Assembly: GCA_023231475.1 (NCBI GenBank)
Contig: JALJEE010003012.1
Coordinates: forward strand, 1-38,281
DNA length: 38,281 nt
Direction: 5' to 3'
Source of the DNA: Seison nebaliae
Lineage: Eukaryota
Shown: in pieces, positions 23,004 through 37,555 of the stretch
Layout: each line of letters opens with the position of its first letter
Numbering within the stretch: the first letter of the stretch is position 1
Notes under the pieces: generated by a model
The model's input: only the letters and a program-made list of their open reading frames with translations
What the model was told of the DNA's origin: nothing
Databases searched by the model: none
Program-made: the position numbers and the translations under genes

Positions 23004-26000
23004 CTATTTGTCAATAGAAATTAAATTAAGAAACAAATTGGAGAAGAGAAAATTGTACATGAATGAGATTTGATGAGAATAATCATGATAAGAATTATTT
23101 CAATAATTAAATTATATAATGAAAATAGAGAAACTATCATTTGGGGAGTCGAATTGAAGAGAAATGAAATGATGTTTATATGAAAATATATCGAACATTT
23201 ATTATTATCATCTTCTGTTCGATTTCATTTTATTTATTTTTACTCTTGATAAGAGACGAGACGGAGAAAAAATTTATACTAAGAAAAATAATTTACGCGA
23301 TAAGAGTTCTATGTTCAAAAAATATGATGTAATTAATTGCGCATGTTGTTGACATTACCAAGTCATTAGCGACGTCAAAACTTTTCCTCTATGACTTTCC
23401 TATCATCATTCCCATTTCACCATCGTTAAATTTATCATCTTTTTTTAATTCCAATTATCATTCCTATTCGATGGAGATGGATAGACTAAACTACAACGTT
23501 TGTTACTAATTGAAATTTATTCAAAAAAGGAAAAACTACTTCCGATTCTTGTTAACTGGCAAGTGGGGACGCGAACTACAAATTCTAGTAACCAACCAAA
23601 ACTATCATTCTCTCCTTTCATAATGTCACACCATAAAACCTTTCATTGACTTAATTGTAGGAAGAATACACACTCTCTACAAGAACTGTTATCAATTGGG
23701 AAAAGATGATAATCATCATGAGATACATTAGAAGAAATTAATAGGAAACTTATTAGTAATATTGATTAAGTGTATAGTTGGATGATAATAATTGAAATGA
23801 AAAATAATGATTGGGAAATAAGAAGAAAAAATCGATAATTATTATTTCCAACCGGACGAATGGGGAAGTGGAAGATCAGTGTAATATTTGTTCGTGAAAC
23901 GAATTGGGAGAAACTTATGACTAGATAACGTGATCATCCCAAAATGGAAATGAGTTCATATCGTCAACAACAATACATAACATACTTCATGATTCGCAGA
24001 CATTTACAATTTAATGTAAACAATTTTTATCATTATCATTTGTTGTCAAGACGACGTGAAAGATGGAAACACATAAAATAAGATACTTCCATACACATCA
24101 CACACGGTAACGACACACTCACACACGCACACACACACACACCATTGCGGATCACTCGATAACAAATCAGTTTTTTCCTAATGAAAACCGGAGAAAGAAG
24201 AATTAGAACGACAATAAACATAAAATTTAATTTCTACTACTCAATTTTCCAAATATCTTCCACTGGAATAATAAAGTAACAATAGATTTCTTGTGCTAGA
24301 GAATATGATGTTGCGACGAATAAAACACAAGTAATTTTTGAATAATTAATTTTGTTTTTCTCACCATCCATCGTTTATTATGGTACATCATCATCACCAT
24401 TATCATTCGCTTTAACATTGAACGATAATAAATTTAAACTAACTCCGGCTCATTTTACGTTTAAATTAATTCATTTATTAACCGTTCGCACTCATCATTC
24501 TATTTAGATATGTGTCACATACAGACACCAATGTGATTGTAACGGCGAATGTTGGTGAGAGAGACGATGCGAGGACAATAATGAAAAAGGCACAGAAGAA
24601 TTCCTTAAAAAAATAGTAGTAAATCAGGCGATAAATTTCTTGATTTTCATTCTTCAGATAATTTTTTTAGGTGGATCATCTATTGTTCTTGCGTCATGTT
24701 ATATTCACCGATCGTACATGTACATGGACGTATACATGTACATTCCAGAGAGTAGTTTTAATGATCTAATAATGATTGGAGACTAGTTCAAGACTTGAAT
24801 TATTGAAGCAACGTTTTCATTGTCCTTGTGTTAATATCACCATCTGATTATCATTATTACGACTATTATTTATTCGAACGTTCATATGAAAAAGAATTAA
24901 CGTCTCACACGTACAATTTCGCTGTAGCTATGGTCGATTGATGAAATGAAATTTCGTCTGCTATTCTTCAATATTCTTCTTACATTCCCTTTCTATCTCA
25001 AACAGGTTCTTCTTCCCATTCATCCAAAATAAATGACGCAAAAAATCTTAGACTTTTGACTTCTTCCCACCAATTCTTCCTCCTTCCCACTTTCAAGACA
25101 ATGTCAAATCACTTCATTATTTTATGGTTTGGAGGAAAGAAATGGAAAACGAATGTCCTTCCTTTGTTTCATAAAAGGGAGCAAAAGTGAACACATTACC
25201 AACTAGTTGTTAAACGGACTATAAACATTTTCCAACATTGTTATCGTCGGTTTAAAGGAGATAGTTTGGGTGAAATATGTGGATGGAAAACGGAAAGAAA
25301 TGGATAGAAACTGGTAACAAAAAAGAGCCGGAAGTGCGTGAAAGATACAGTGGTAAATAGATAAAGAGTTCTTTGATTCAACATGATACAACTTTAAATC
25401 GAAGACACATAGTGAACGAAGAAATGAAAGAGAATTAGTTGGAAAGAATAAAAGTGAACGACAACAAGTCGTGAAAGAAACTCTTATCAAACAATATATA
25501 TAGGAACGAAAACACTTATAGAAAATTTTTTCTGTTAAAATGACAGACAATCACGCAATCTAACATCTTCAGTATAAGGATTGTTTACTCAATACAAGTT
25601 AAACAGAAGTTTCTAGAATTTATCTTCCTATCGTCTGGGAAAGGATACGAACTACGTACGATGTACTATTGAACTTTTTCTCCTATTGTTTCTTTTTATT
25701 TCATGGACGATATCATCGATGAATGTTGAGAACGCACGACATATTCTTAAGTCTTTCACCTGCTCCTTACGTCTCATAATATTCCACTTTTCCTATATAA
25801 CATCTCCTTGTTTTATATATTGTCTCTGGGGTTTTCCCCATCCCCATTTCTTTTCTTTCAACACCCGACTCGATGTAGTAGACTATTCACAATTTAGTAC
25901 TGATTAGAATTGTTACTTCAATTCTAATGACTATACCATTTGAGCCATACCCCCTTTTGTTGAGTATGAGAAAATGAGAGAATCGTTGAAGAATATCTAA

Positions 26001-29000
26001 TGTTTTATTTTAACGGAACCAGATTGTTTAGTTAACTAGAATAGTTTCTTAAACAGAATCTATTCACTCTACTTCGAATGGAAGGAACAGATGATGGAAT
26101 TGTTTTGATGAAGATTTGGGAATAATTAATCAAAATATCAAAATGATAACTCAAAAGTTCTTGTGAGGGAGAAGAGGAGAATTGTAAAAGAACGAATTTC
26201 ACGATTCTTTTTCAGATCCGCCATCTTGATGATGATGGATAATAAATTACAAAATGAGTCATATGGCATTGTAGAGAATGAGTTCAATAATATTATTTTA
26301 CAATAAGCGTCATATAAATCGACATTTAGCTGGTAAATTAGACGTAACGCGCCACCAACTGTCAAACATTTATATCTTGAAAAATTACTGAAATCATGAA
26401 ATTTATAGTTTCACTTTTTGTTTTCTTACCATAACACACATGAGATAATTTCGATACTTTTAAGTTTTCTGTTTTTTTTTGCTCAGCAAAAATATAAACA
26501 AAAATATAATGTTTATCGTTTCCGTTCGAATTGCGCACATGGCATAAGCGACGTAATTTAATGAAATTTAATGCCAATAAAGAGGAGAACAGGAAGTACA
26601 TAGACTATTAACCAGAAGTATCGGATGAGAAGACTATCATCCTATCTGTTAGAAATGATGAAAGAACGGCGAAAGTTTAGAAAGCAATTTAAAATAGATT
26701 GTACATAAATTGGACTATTATAATCTCTTCAGATCCCTTCTTCTCTTTATGTACCGAACGAAGTGACTATACACATAAATGCTCTTACACTTTACCACCT
26801 TTGACTTAGAAGGTTTGCTTTGCTTTTCAATAAATTCTTACCACTACATTTGATGAGGAATAACGCTATAATTAGTTATTGGCGAACATTCAAATTAGAA
26901 GACTGTCCAACACAGTTCGTTACGTAAATTGCGTACAATAATCTCCGAACTAAATTAATTTAGTTCTGAAGATTTAGAGAAGAGAGAAACAACTTACTAA
27001 ACATAAACTTTATCATTCACTAGTATGTCAGAGGAAATCTAATAAATGTTGATTATGTCGATAAGTTGATTTTATAATGTTGTTGAATGAAAATAATTAT
27101 GATGATGATGATGATTCTCCTAATAATAATGACAATGACGGTAAAAGATAGACGGGATAGTTAAAGAGAATCGAGAAAGGAAAGATTTCCTCGTCAATTC
27201 GACATTTATTCGTTCCATCTACATTTTATACATTAGTCTTATTCGGTTAATTTTCCTTCCGCGATCACAAATATTCGATTGGAATGTCTTAAGCTTTAAA
27301 TGTCGGTTTCTTGTGTGATAATTCGAATAAACTGGAAATTGAGAAGAGACGAAGTTGTCGATAGAGATTCGTCAGTTCTCAACGAATTAACTATCGATAT
27401 TTATTAGAAGGAAGATGATAAGTAAACAAAGATTTCGGTTCTAACAAAACTTGTTGCATGGAATCAAAAAGAAGAGGAAGAAGGGAAATTGACGTCGGTG
27501 AAAAAATTTCGATTCGGATATACATAGCAATCCACTTCTTTTCACATAAACAATGAGGTTGCAATTTTGTTTAATTAAAAATGTAAATTTACTGTCTAGC
27601 TAAGTTGAGTGAGTCGTTCTTCAGAAATTGGGCTTCGCCAAAAACACATTTCGAACGATGAAAAGGAGACCGAATAGAGAAAGTGGTGAGAAGACGAGCA
27701 AATTCATTGCAACATAAATAAAAAGTGTTATCTCTTGTTCGAATGGCAATCGATATCCGTAATTATAAATTCAAATGATGAAAATCACTTTTTCCATCTC
27801 TCCAACGATTGTCACCTCGGTCAGTATTAAAAGATTAAAAATTATCGGACCATAATTTGTTTGATGTCGCAGCAGTTAATGCTGTTGTTGTTGGTGAGAG
27901 AATTGTAGGGAGAAGATTCGATGAAGAAAGATATGGGAAAGATGATGGAGAAAACAAATTGAGAAAGAATCTCGAGTTGAATCTCGAGTCGGATTTGCAT
28001 AAAAAATGGATCGATTTTCATCAAGCAACTGTTTATAAATGCGCGCCATATTCACATCATTCTCCGTTCGACGGGACAGCAATCGCACAATTCAATTGAA
28101 CAAGAAACTCGAACATAGTAGTAATAGTCTTATTCAAAGAACACGAGCAGAATTTATAAAATGGAAGAAGGAAAAATGGGAAGACAAGCAAAATAGAGAT
28201 TCAGAAGGCAAAAAAGACATCAACTTCTGCAGTACGCATAATAAAATAAATTATGCAAATATCGACTTCATCAATTGATGTCTTGTTCGTCATCAGCAAA
28301 TTTTTTGTTTCCAAAACTTCCACATATCGTCCCATATATTCTTTCTTTCTTCCATTTGCTCACTCATTCACTCATCTTTCCTTCTTTTCTGGAATCAATA
28401 AAAAGGAAAGAAAATGGAACAATGACAATATTCTCCACTAATTCAGGAGAACGAACCAACTTCAATTACTAATAAATTAAATAACTTATTTATTCATTTA
28501 TTTTCTATCACTAGATCAATTAGATATTAAGCAGAAATTAAATTATTCTCTTCTACTATTACATCGATAATATTCATCGATATCATCTAGCTATCTCACG
28601 CACTCCCATCACATTTCCAATTCACAATTCTCTAAAAGTTTCTTTCCGCATTTCCAAATCAAACATTAGAACTTTTCGAATTATTGAAATCTGGAACATT
28701 TGTTCCACTATTTGGAGAAACGTCAGACCATTCCACAGAGCAAGTGATGGAAATGAATGAAAAAAATTAAACGCTTCCATCTTTCACTCATTTTTCTTTG
28801 AGTCATCGAGTTGAATAATTAATGGAGTGTAGGAGCAAGACGTTTTAATCACAAATCGATTGGCTTCATATGCTTTCATGGTGAAGCAGATGGAATAAAT
28901 GTGCATTTCTTCCACAATCTTCCCATCAAATGATAAATTAATGGAGAATAAGAGGAATGATAGAAGCTAGAAGCTTCCCAAAACTATTCATATCGAATAG

Positions 29001-32000
29001 CGAATCGAACAATTGATGGAGTTGTTGTGATGAAACTGCCTAATAACCGAAGTTAATTGACACTTTTCTCGACTTTAATTTGAAACATTTCCGTCGCACA
29101 TTAATAATATTATTCTCATTCTAATTAGCAAATAATTTAACTATTTCCATCGAATTTATTCAATAACAACTTTTCCTGTCTTTTACTGGAAAATTGATTA
29201 TCAGTTGGGGGGACATTTCCGAATCATTTATCTGATACTTGATCTATTTTTCCCATGCTAACAATGATATGCAAATGTTTTGCATTCTCAATTAAATATT
29301 CTATTGAACTTCTGGAAAGGATCAACACGTCTGCTGAACTGTTTTCTGTCGTAGAATATCGTTCCAAATCATTCTCTCACTTCACTCTCAAAATCACAAT
29401 ATGAGACATTGGAATCATGATCGTTACCCGAACCGGTTTCGATACGAGTCTTTTAAATTTTTCATTATTTCTCTATCAATTTATCATTGTTCTCTTAATA
29501 ATAAATTAGTCATTTGACTTGTCGATTGAGTGCGAGCGTTGGCGATTTGTCAAACACTTTGAGCGAGAGACCGTCGAAGAATCTCTTAAAAACCAATTAG
29601 AACGATAACAATCTTCTAATATGGAAATAATTAAATAATTATGATTAATAATAATAATAACACGACCTTTCGTTTGGAAAGAAGAAAGCGAATTTGAGAG
29701 TGAAGTAAATAAGTGGATGGGACGAAATTTGATGATTCAGTGAAATAATTCCATATTTTATGTTTCCCATATTGCCCATCATCTTCATCCAACTAACTAA
29801 CATCCTCATTATACTCATTCTCAATATTATTATCAATATCAATCGAGAAAATTAAATAAACTAAAACGATTAAATGAAATTTTCTAAACGATACCTAATA
29901 TAACTTTCTATAGAACAAGGTCGCTCAAATGATTATTAATTCTCAACATTCTCTTCACTAACATCTTCATACGAACCGAAGTATATGACACGATTCTTTC
30001 TTTATTAATCAGATACAAATTATAACGTTCCTTACTTACAGTTGTTAGAAGTTCGCTACTCGGAGAAGAAAAAAAGATTTAATTCAAATCGACATAATTT
30101 TAGCACGATAGTCGAAACATCAACATTATGTTAGTTTCTTATTTGAATAATCGGTCAGGAAGAGAATGTGACGAGCTACATTCTATTCTCAAACCGTTCG
30201 TCTTACCATCTTTTTTTGTAAACGCTCCATTTTCTTATGTGAACGACAAGAAACGTTCGGCGCATAATATTTGTAAGAGAAAATTATTCTAATTGTAAAT
30301 GTAACTCAACTCGGATAAATGAAAAGAAGAAACGAAAAAGTTCGTTTAAAAAATTAGGTAGAATTAATGAAACAGTTTCGTTGAAAAAAAACGAAGTCCT
30401 CCCAAAATCTTAGGCAACTGGGAAGAGAAATTGAATGAGATTTTGAATATTCTCATCATTTCTCCTTTTCGGATGGACGGACTGGAAAGACTAGCAGATT
30501 ACTGATCGTTCATCATTTCAAGTCATTTCAAGGTGATGGCATCAAGAGGAAAACATAAGAATATTTAAATTTAGCGTTGACTGCTAATAAATTTTATGGG
30601 AGCATCATCCTATCGTTAAAAGGAAGATCAAAAAATAATTTTTCAGATCATAATAGATGAAATAATTGGATCGTTAGGAAACGTTCGGAAGGAAAGCAGA
30701 ACCGAGTCGAATACGGAAAGTAGTCCTGATCAATTATATAATTTTCTTCTTAATTTTCATCCACTTAAAAGAGAAATGAACATCTTCACCGTCATCATTA
30801 TCATCATGAGTTATTTATAGCGGGATGAAAAAAATAATTATTAACTTCTATAATTTGTTGAAGTTTTTTTTTTGTTTTTCAAAAACTTTAATTTTCCTCT
30901 CACACATTATTATTGGGGAGAAAGGATGTTGATATATAATTCAAACATCGGTTCCAACTGGGGAAAAGGAACGGCGTAAAAAACTGTAGAGAATACTAAT
31001 GATTTTCTCATTCGAACAATTCGACATCCAACAGATGCACTAAAGAAAGAAGACATCAGAATAACAGATATAAGTCCAACTAAAATAAAAACAATCTTTC
31101 TCCCATATTAGACATAACTCCATTACATTTCGATTCGACCGATTAGAATAATAGGGGAGAGAATGTTATTGTTTTCATGTGTAGCAGAGAAGTAAAGTGA
31201 ATACCGCATAAAAATCATTTGGGAATGAATTATAATTGATTGGTGACAAGATAAGTTCGATGATACATCTTTATGGTTATTTATGTTCGTCGAAATTGCG
31301 ATTTTATTTGATTTAGCAAACTTTAAGGGAACATCTGTTCCATTATTCCAATAATATTGATGAATGTTGAATAGATGATCTGCAAAACATAAGACCTTTG
31401 CTGATTTTACTTTTTCTTCTTCTGGATTGAAAAAATGGATTGAAAAAATGAAGAAAAAATTGAAGAAAAATCTTCCTGCCATTCAACAAAAAGTGATGGT
31501 GAGAGAAATATTTTAAGGGACTAATACTAATGCGATAAAGGAAGGAACGTAGATGGATATTAAAAGTTCAAAAAAAAAGTGAAAAAAACTTAAAATACGT
31601 TAGTTGAAGAGGATATGATGATAAATAGATTATTTTCTTTACATATGTAGTTTACTGTTTGTTCTAGTGGTGGTGTAAGGATAGACAATTTGTTTGTATT
31701 CGTACCATTTAAAAAGGAATTATCATTAGCGTCTGATGAGAAACGAATGCCTTGTAAGTGAACGAGATCGATGGCTCTTCGTTAATGTACGTCAAAATAA
31801 ATAGATGGCAAAGTAATTGATTGCCTAAAAAGAAGTCTTTAATATTAATGCAAACATTCCGTACATTGTGCATCGGTGAGCGCATGGAAAAGGCAAAACT
31901 TCACACAAACATTTTAAAGATTCGTTATTAAATTAATAAAATCTTATCAATTATTATAAGACAAATATTTATTTAAATAATCTTCGTAATTAGGAAAGTC

Positions 32001-33756
32001 AAAGCGAAACAAATGATTTACATGCACTTTATTAGCATAAAAATTCATCATCGATCCAATTTCCACATTAAACCGATGTGAAGTCAGTCAGTCAACTTCA
32101 AATGCTGATGATATATAATTGACGATTAAAGTCGAAATGTATAGACTATCGTGATAGTTTATTGATTGGTAGTAGGTGGAGTGATTAGGAGGGATAAGTT
32201 CATGTTTGGAACTGGAACAATAATCGAGTAAATGGGAAGACATTTGCATATTAAAGATAGTAACAGATAGAATTAGACGAAGCAACAGTTTCGGTGGCGA
32301 ATATAAAGTCAATGGAACATGAATAAATAATGGCGAAAAGGAGAATACGGAAAAAAGTGAAGTGCAAATTAGACAATCGCTATGATGAACTATTCGATAC
32401 ATAATAAATCAAAAGAAATGAATGAAAAATGGAGACAAAAATAATAGATAAGATACCAATAATCATAATAATGAGAAATTTATTATTATTAATTTTCTTT
32501 ATTAAACGAAGGAAAAACTTCGAAGCACTATCACTATGATGGAATACCTCCGTCAAATGGAAAAGAATTCACCAAACACATCCATATTTTCATGCTGCTA
32601 TTTGTAGAAGAAATTTATGGAAATTATTCTTTTTATCAATACAAGAAATTTTCTTTACCAAAATAGACCTGTGTATCACAAACATTTCGATGAATTGTGA
32701 GCAACGGCTTTACTGCACAAAATATTTATAGATGAATGATTATGATTAGAAGGATTCGAATGAGATAATTCGTTCTATTTCCTTTCTGTGCAGAAAATAA
32801 AACTTATAAAAATCGAAACATCTTTTCCCCAACTTTCCTTTTCATAATTAACTGTTGAAATTTGTCTGATGGAATTCCTAGATAAATACCTGGTTCTCTT
32901 TCAAGAAGCTCAGTGAAGACGTCTATCGAAAAATGAAGAAAGAAATTTCTCATTCGAGGAAGAAATCATTTGAATTTCATCTCATTTGAATATGTTGAAA
33001 GAATTATATTATTACTGACGATTGGGAATGGAATAGAAGGGGGAGGAATTAAATTAATGATACAAATCGATAGTGAAGGAATATAATTCTTTCAAAGAAT
33101 TATTGAATTTGAACTCATATTTGCACAAAATAAAAAAAAAATGTATTTGAATAGAAAACTACAGCATATTGTGAATTTAATAGAAATATCAATATTCTTT
33201 AATCGAGAAGAAAAAAGGAAAACAAAGAAGAGAATGATAAATGGGATCTTATCAACCAATTTCTCATCATTTGGGAGGTATGAAGGAAGAATAAAGGCAG
33301 CCCTTCCATCCTACCCGATTGCATTATACTCACTTAATATATTATTCACCTCGATCAATTTCACTCCAGAGATAATAATGGAAAAAAATACGGTAAATTT
33401 TCCTCCCGTCTTTATTACTAACTGTCGTCATAAATCATTTTTTCACTATTCACATCACTTTTACCTAATATTAATTAGAATAAACACGTATTCTTACTGT
33501 GCCCATACATAATTTCTGTACTTTCAAGAATTTCAATCAGAATGTCCATTTCGAATTATTTCGTTGCTCAAGTTTTTCATTTCTCTAAATATTTTCAAAA
33601 ATATTTATTTTATAATTTCCTATTGTTAACGACCGACCGATGGATGGATTATTGCTATATAGTGCCTTTCCCAAATTTACATCATTCGCTGTGCTAAACT
33701 CCTGACTATTACTAATAGTCATTACAACTAATCACCAGCGACATAATTCTCTTATT

Positions 33757-34323
33757 CTACCAATAAATTAAGTGTAGGAAAATTCTAGGGATTAATAATT
33801 GACAACAACAACAACAACAACGACGTATTCTAGTTGTTAATATTGCGTGAACAATAGAAAACGTCTGATAATAAGATAAATCATTAACCATATTCGTCAA
33901 TGTCGAATCATTTGACATGGTGGCATCGATTGGATCGGAAAATTCCAGTTTATCATTCTGTCCCGTCGACAACCGAACCATTCTTCCCATCGATTGTTGA
34001 TGATGTAACAATGTTAATATGTCGAATGCGATTGCTAAACCGGAATTGGTGCAACCGTCAACTTCTTCCGATTGCAATTTGACGTTTTCTGGCAGAACGT
34101 AATTGGATTGTGTGTTGGACTTCTGTTCAAGTTCGGATGTGGATTCTAATTGTACTTTGCTAGTATTCTCAAGCATTCTGTCAATTTGTTTCGTCTTTCG
34201 AACAATCTACCTGCTCATAGCGTTCTCAGAGCACCGAGAATTAAATGCTAATGAACAATCTTTCCCGAAAAATTTTCGTCGTAAACGATGAATGTATGGT
34301 TTCGGAGAATTGAATGTAGAGTT
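33757..34323 (-). CDS. Two coding exons (34211-34323 and 34177 downward), unknown product, possibly 5' exons of mbl
   Basis: Acceptor ttttcag at 34324. The frame NSTFNSPKPY...ENAMS continues into MLENTSKVQ once the 33-nt GT-AG intron 34178-34210, which contains the only stop, is removed. The 3' end is uncertain (possible donor ATG|gttaat near 33889). Confidence 0.55.
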
Positions 34324-36092
34324 CTGAAAAAATTTTATTGGGAAGCAAGAAATGAAGCTAAATTCAATGATCTATGTGGAAGAGAAATGATTTTTTTGTG
34401 GAGTGAGAACGAAATATAATCGATGAAAACAACTGTTCTCATATTTATTGTTTCATTAGAACTGCCAAAATTGAAGGAGGAAATATTTACTATTAGTCAA
34501 TATAATATAACATTATGTTACATTTTCGATATAATTTATATTCGTGATGTGTTCCCATCGAAGGGGAATCTTAAGAGAGTTTTGAAGAATAAACAGTTCT
34601 AAACGTCCTTACATTTGACTGGAATTCAAATGATAAAATGCAGAAATTGCCAAATAAATTTTATCTTATAATCAATCTATCGAATACATAATAAACTGCT
34701 ACACATTCGTTTGACGCATGTGCATCAAATCCATTCTCTCCTTCTCAACTTCAACCAATTTGTGAAAATACCGAAGTTGAACTGTCTCTCCTCTCCCATA
34801 CTCCCGCCCCAACTATTTCAATAGAACTTTCGTTCCATAAAGAATTTGAAGATTAGTCAACAGTTTCTGTTCTTTCCTATCTCTAGTCCAACATAAATTT
34901 CAATCAAAAACAATTTTGGAAACACGAGCTTGGAATGATTCGGCAAATGTTGGGGGCATAACTCTATGAATCATTCCAATCAACTATTGTCGATGTTTGA
35001 CGTGATTTTCTTATGCATTTCATGATGTTTTGATGAAGATAAATTTGCTTCTATTGTCAATAAAATAAGAAATAGAAAAATTCGTTCGGGTATGTTTATG
35101 GATGAAAGACAAAGAATATTTAAAATTTTTTTCTTCTGTTCTCCCCACCAGATACACATATACCCAACTCATAGTTACCTCAACAAGTTTTACTTTTCGT
35201 CCATCGATACGTTTTCATCATACAAGACATCAATAAAAGGAAATGAAGCAAAATGACGCTATAGAATCGTGAGAAACGTCATTAATAATAAGAATATAAC
35301 TTCAATTTATTCGATATGACTAATAGACAATAAAAATGAGGAATTGTGAGAAATTCATCATCTAGAACACATTAATAATGAGCTCCGTCTAATAGTTCAT
35401 TATTATAACAATTATATATATATATATATACTTATATTATTCTCTCCCCTTTCGGGAGACCTACACATTCTATTACTCGTTTAGGTGCGTGTATATAAAT
35501 ATTCTGTTAGATGTTCAGTTATTCGTATTCATCCATTTATCAGATATCGATTTAATTACGACATAATCATCTTAATTATTAAAAACTTTCAAATGAATTC
35601 CTCGAGAACTAATTGTAATTTTCATTCAAAATTTTCGATTTTCATTCAAAAATATAACAATTCAATTTCTTTAACAACAAGGAGAAATATATAATTTCGT
35701 CGACATTTAAATGAATTGGTAACTTCTCAATAGTTTTTAATAATCAATTTATTGGGTTTTCAACGAAATATTTCTTTGGAAAAAAATTGGAAAGAAAACA
35801 ATTAATATCGTAAGAAGGATATATTAATCGATTAGTTCGTATGACATTGAATCACACATTCTCTTAAACGGAAGATCATTTCGAAAGCAATTTCTCAATT
35901 AATATATACATGCAGTATACGATACTGCAATAACTAAATGTGAAATGAACGTTCGGAGTTTTTTTTAAAGAGAACAAACGTCAAATTCCTTTTCTACCTA
36001 ATGTCTATAAATTTACAAAATTTTCTTCTTTTTTTTCCAGTTGTTAGAGATGTTCATTGCTGATTTTATGTTTCCCTTCACATTCACCCTAC

Positions 36093-36275
36093 CCCCTCCA
36101 ACACGATAGTTCGCCCATAGAACCCACTCATAATTTGGTCGGTATGACATGTATCTCTTGGATGTAAGTGAGAAAGTATTATTTTGGTTGGGTCGGTGTT
36201 CGGAAGAGGGTATTCATTCTTAATGCCTTTTTTAGTCAAATGGAGGAAGGTGGAAAGTGAATCGCGTGGAGACAT
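36093..36275 (-). CDS. Candidate first coding exon (61 codons) of the minus-strand transcript
   Basis: ATG at 36275, open to GGG|gtaggg. Phase 0 matches the exon starting at 34323. Confidence 0.4.
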
Positions 36276-36785
36276 ATCTTACGATGTTTATGGGCAATTA
36301 TTCTCTCATCAATTTATCTCCGTTTCCACTTATCGATTATTATTATCTTCGCTTGCATCGAATAATTTCACTTTTCGAAATAAACTACGGTGGCAAATCA
36401 GAATTATTTGAATAATCGACTAAATCGGCTGAATAGTTATTTTCATAATACTCAACACTCTTTTGTTCAACTACAATCATCACCATTATCATTACCAGTG
36501 TCATTACCAAATTCAATTGTCAGGAATTTTTGTTGTTTGTTTTTTTTTATTAGAATTTCTATCGGTTAATAAAAGAAAATTTTCTATTTATCGAAATCAA
36601 TCATTTATTTTTTTTAAATTTTTTTTATATATTTATATCAAATTCATTTATTCAATAATTTATTTTTTATTATCGTATCGCTTCACAAATATGATATCAG
36701 TAAAACTATGATAATTAAATTTATTAAGCTCCCAATAGAATGTTATTTAGAAAGTCAATATAAGAAATGTTTTAAACAAGCAGAG

Positions 36786-37137
36786 TTAGGAAAAGTTACA
36801 CCTTAGGAAAAGTGACAAGCTGACTGACAAATTTAAATGAAAAATTTATAATTAATTGTAACGTGAATTAAACTTAAAACGTAAATTTGTTGGATTAAAA
36901 CATGAAAATGGTTTATGAATAGGATTATGATGAATAGGAATCATCCTCATGAACAATCAATTAGGACAATGATGAACCTTTAAATAACGTAACTAATATC
37001 TCTTCGAAATTTTTTCGGACATTTCTATTCCTTACTTTACAAAATTTTTCGGACACTTCTACTCATTTTTTCTAAAGTTTTAAATATCCGTTTAGTTAAC
37101 AGTTATGTGCCTGAATTGCGAAATTTCCTGAATTGCG
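36786..37137. repeat. Cluster of short tandem duplications
   Basis: TTAGGAAAAGT(T/G)ACA at 36786 and 36803; ATGAATAGGA at 36915 and 36930; AAATTTTT(T)CGGACA(T/C)TTCTA(T/C)TC at about 37007 and 37042; CCTGAATTGCG at 37110 and 37127. Confidence 0.8.
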
Positions 37138-37555
37138 CCTGAAATAATTGACAATCCACATTGGCACGAAATTTGCATAGACGAATTTTAAGATGCACAT
37201 GTTTCAAATACGCATTGCGAAAATAGAAATTAGAGTTTAAACTTTGCTTTGTATTGTAATTTTGTATTAAAAGCCATCCAAGAAAACGGCATAAACTTAC
37301 AAGATATTAATCAGATTAATTAATTAATTAATCAATGTTAAAAATTAAATCAACTAATAAATTAATAATAATTTCCTGAATAGGTAGAAATTGCTTCATT
37401 GACATCAGAAGAAACTTCGAAACGAGAATTAGTAATAAACAAGTACCGAATTTTCATCGAAATTGAAATCAAAATTGATTCCAAATCTTCAATTATCTAT
37501 GATGCACCATCTTCATAATGATTCTGTCCTTCGTTTATTGCCACTTACCACATAG

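Noticed and set aside
27868..28300. Cluster of minus-strand YGCY (MBNL-binding) motifs
   Set aside because: About seven sites in 430 nt, only roughly twice a rough expectation. Not convincing without a proper background.
208..37063. One giant transposon bracketed by the TCGGACA motifs
   Set aside because: The motifs face outward, match only partially, and enclose ordinary host genes.
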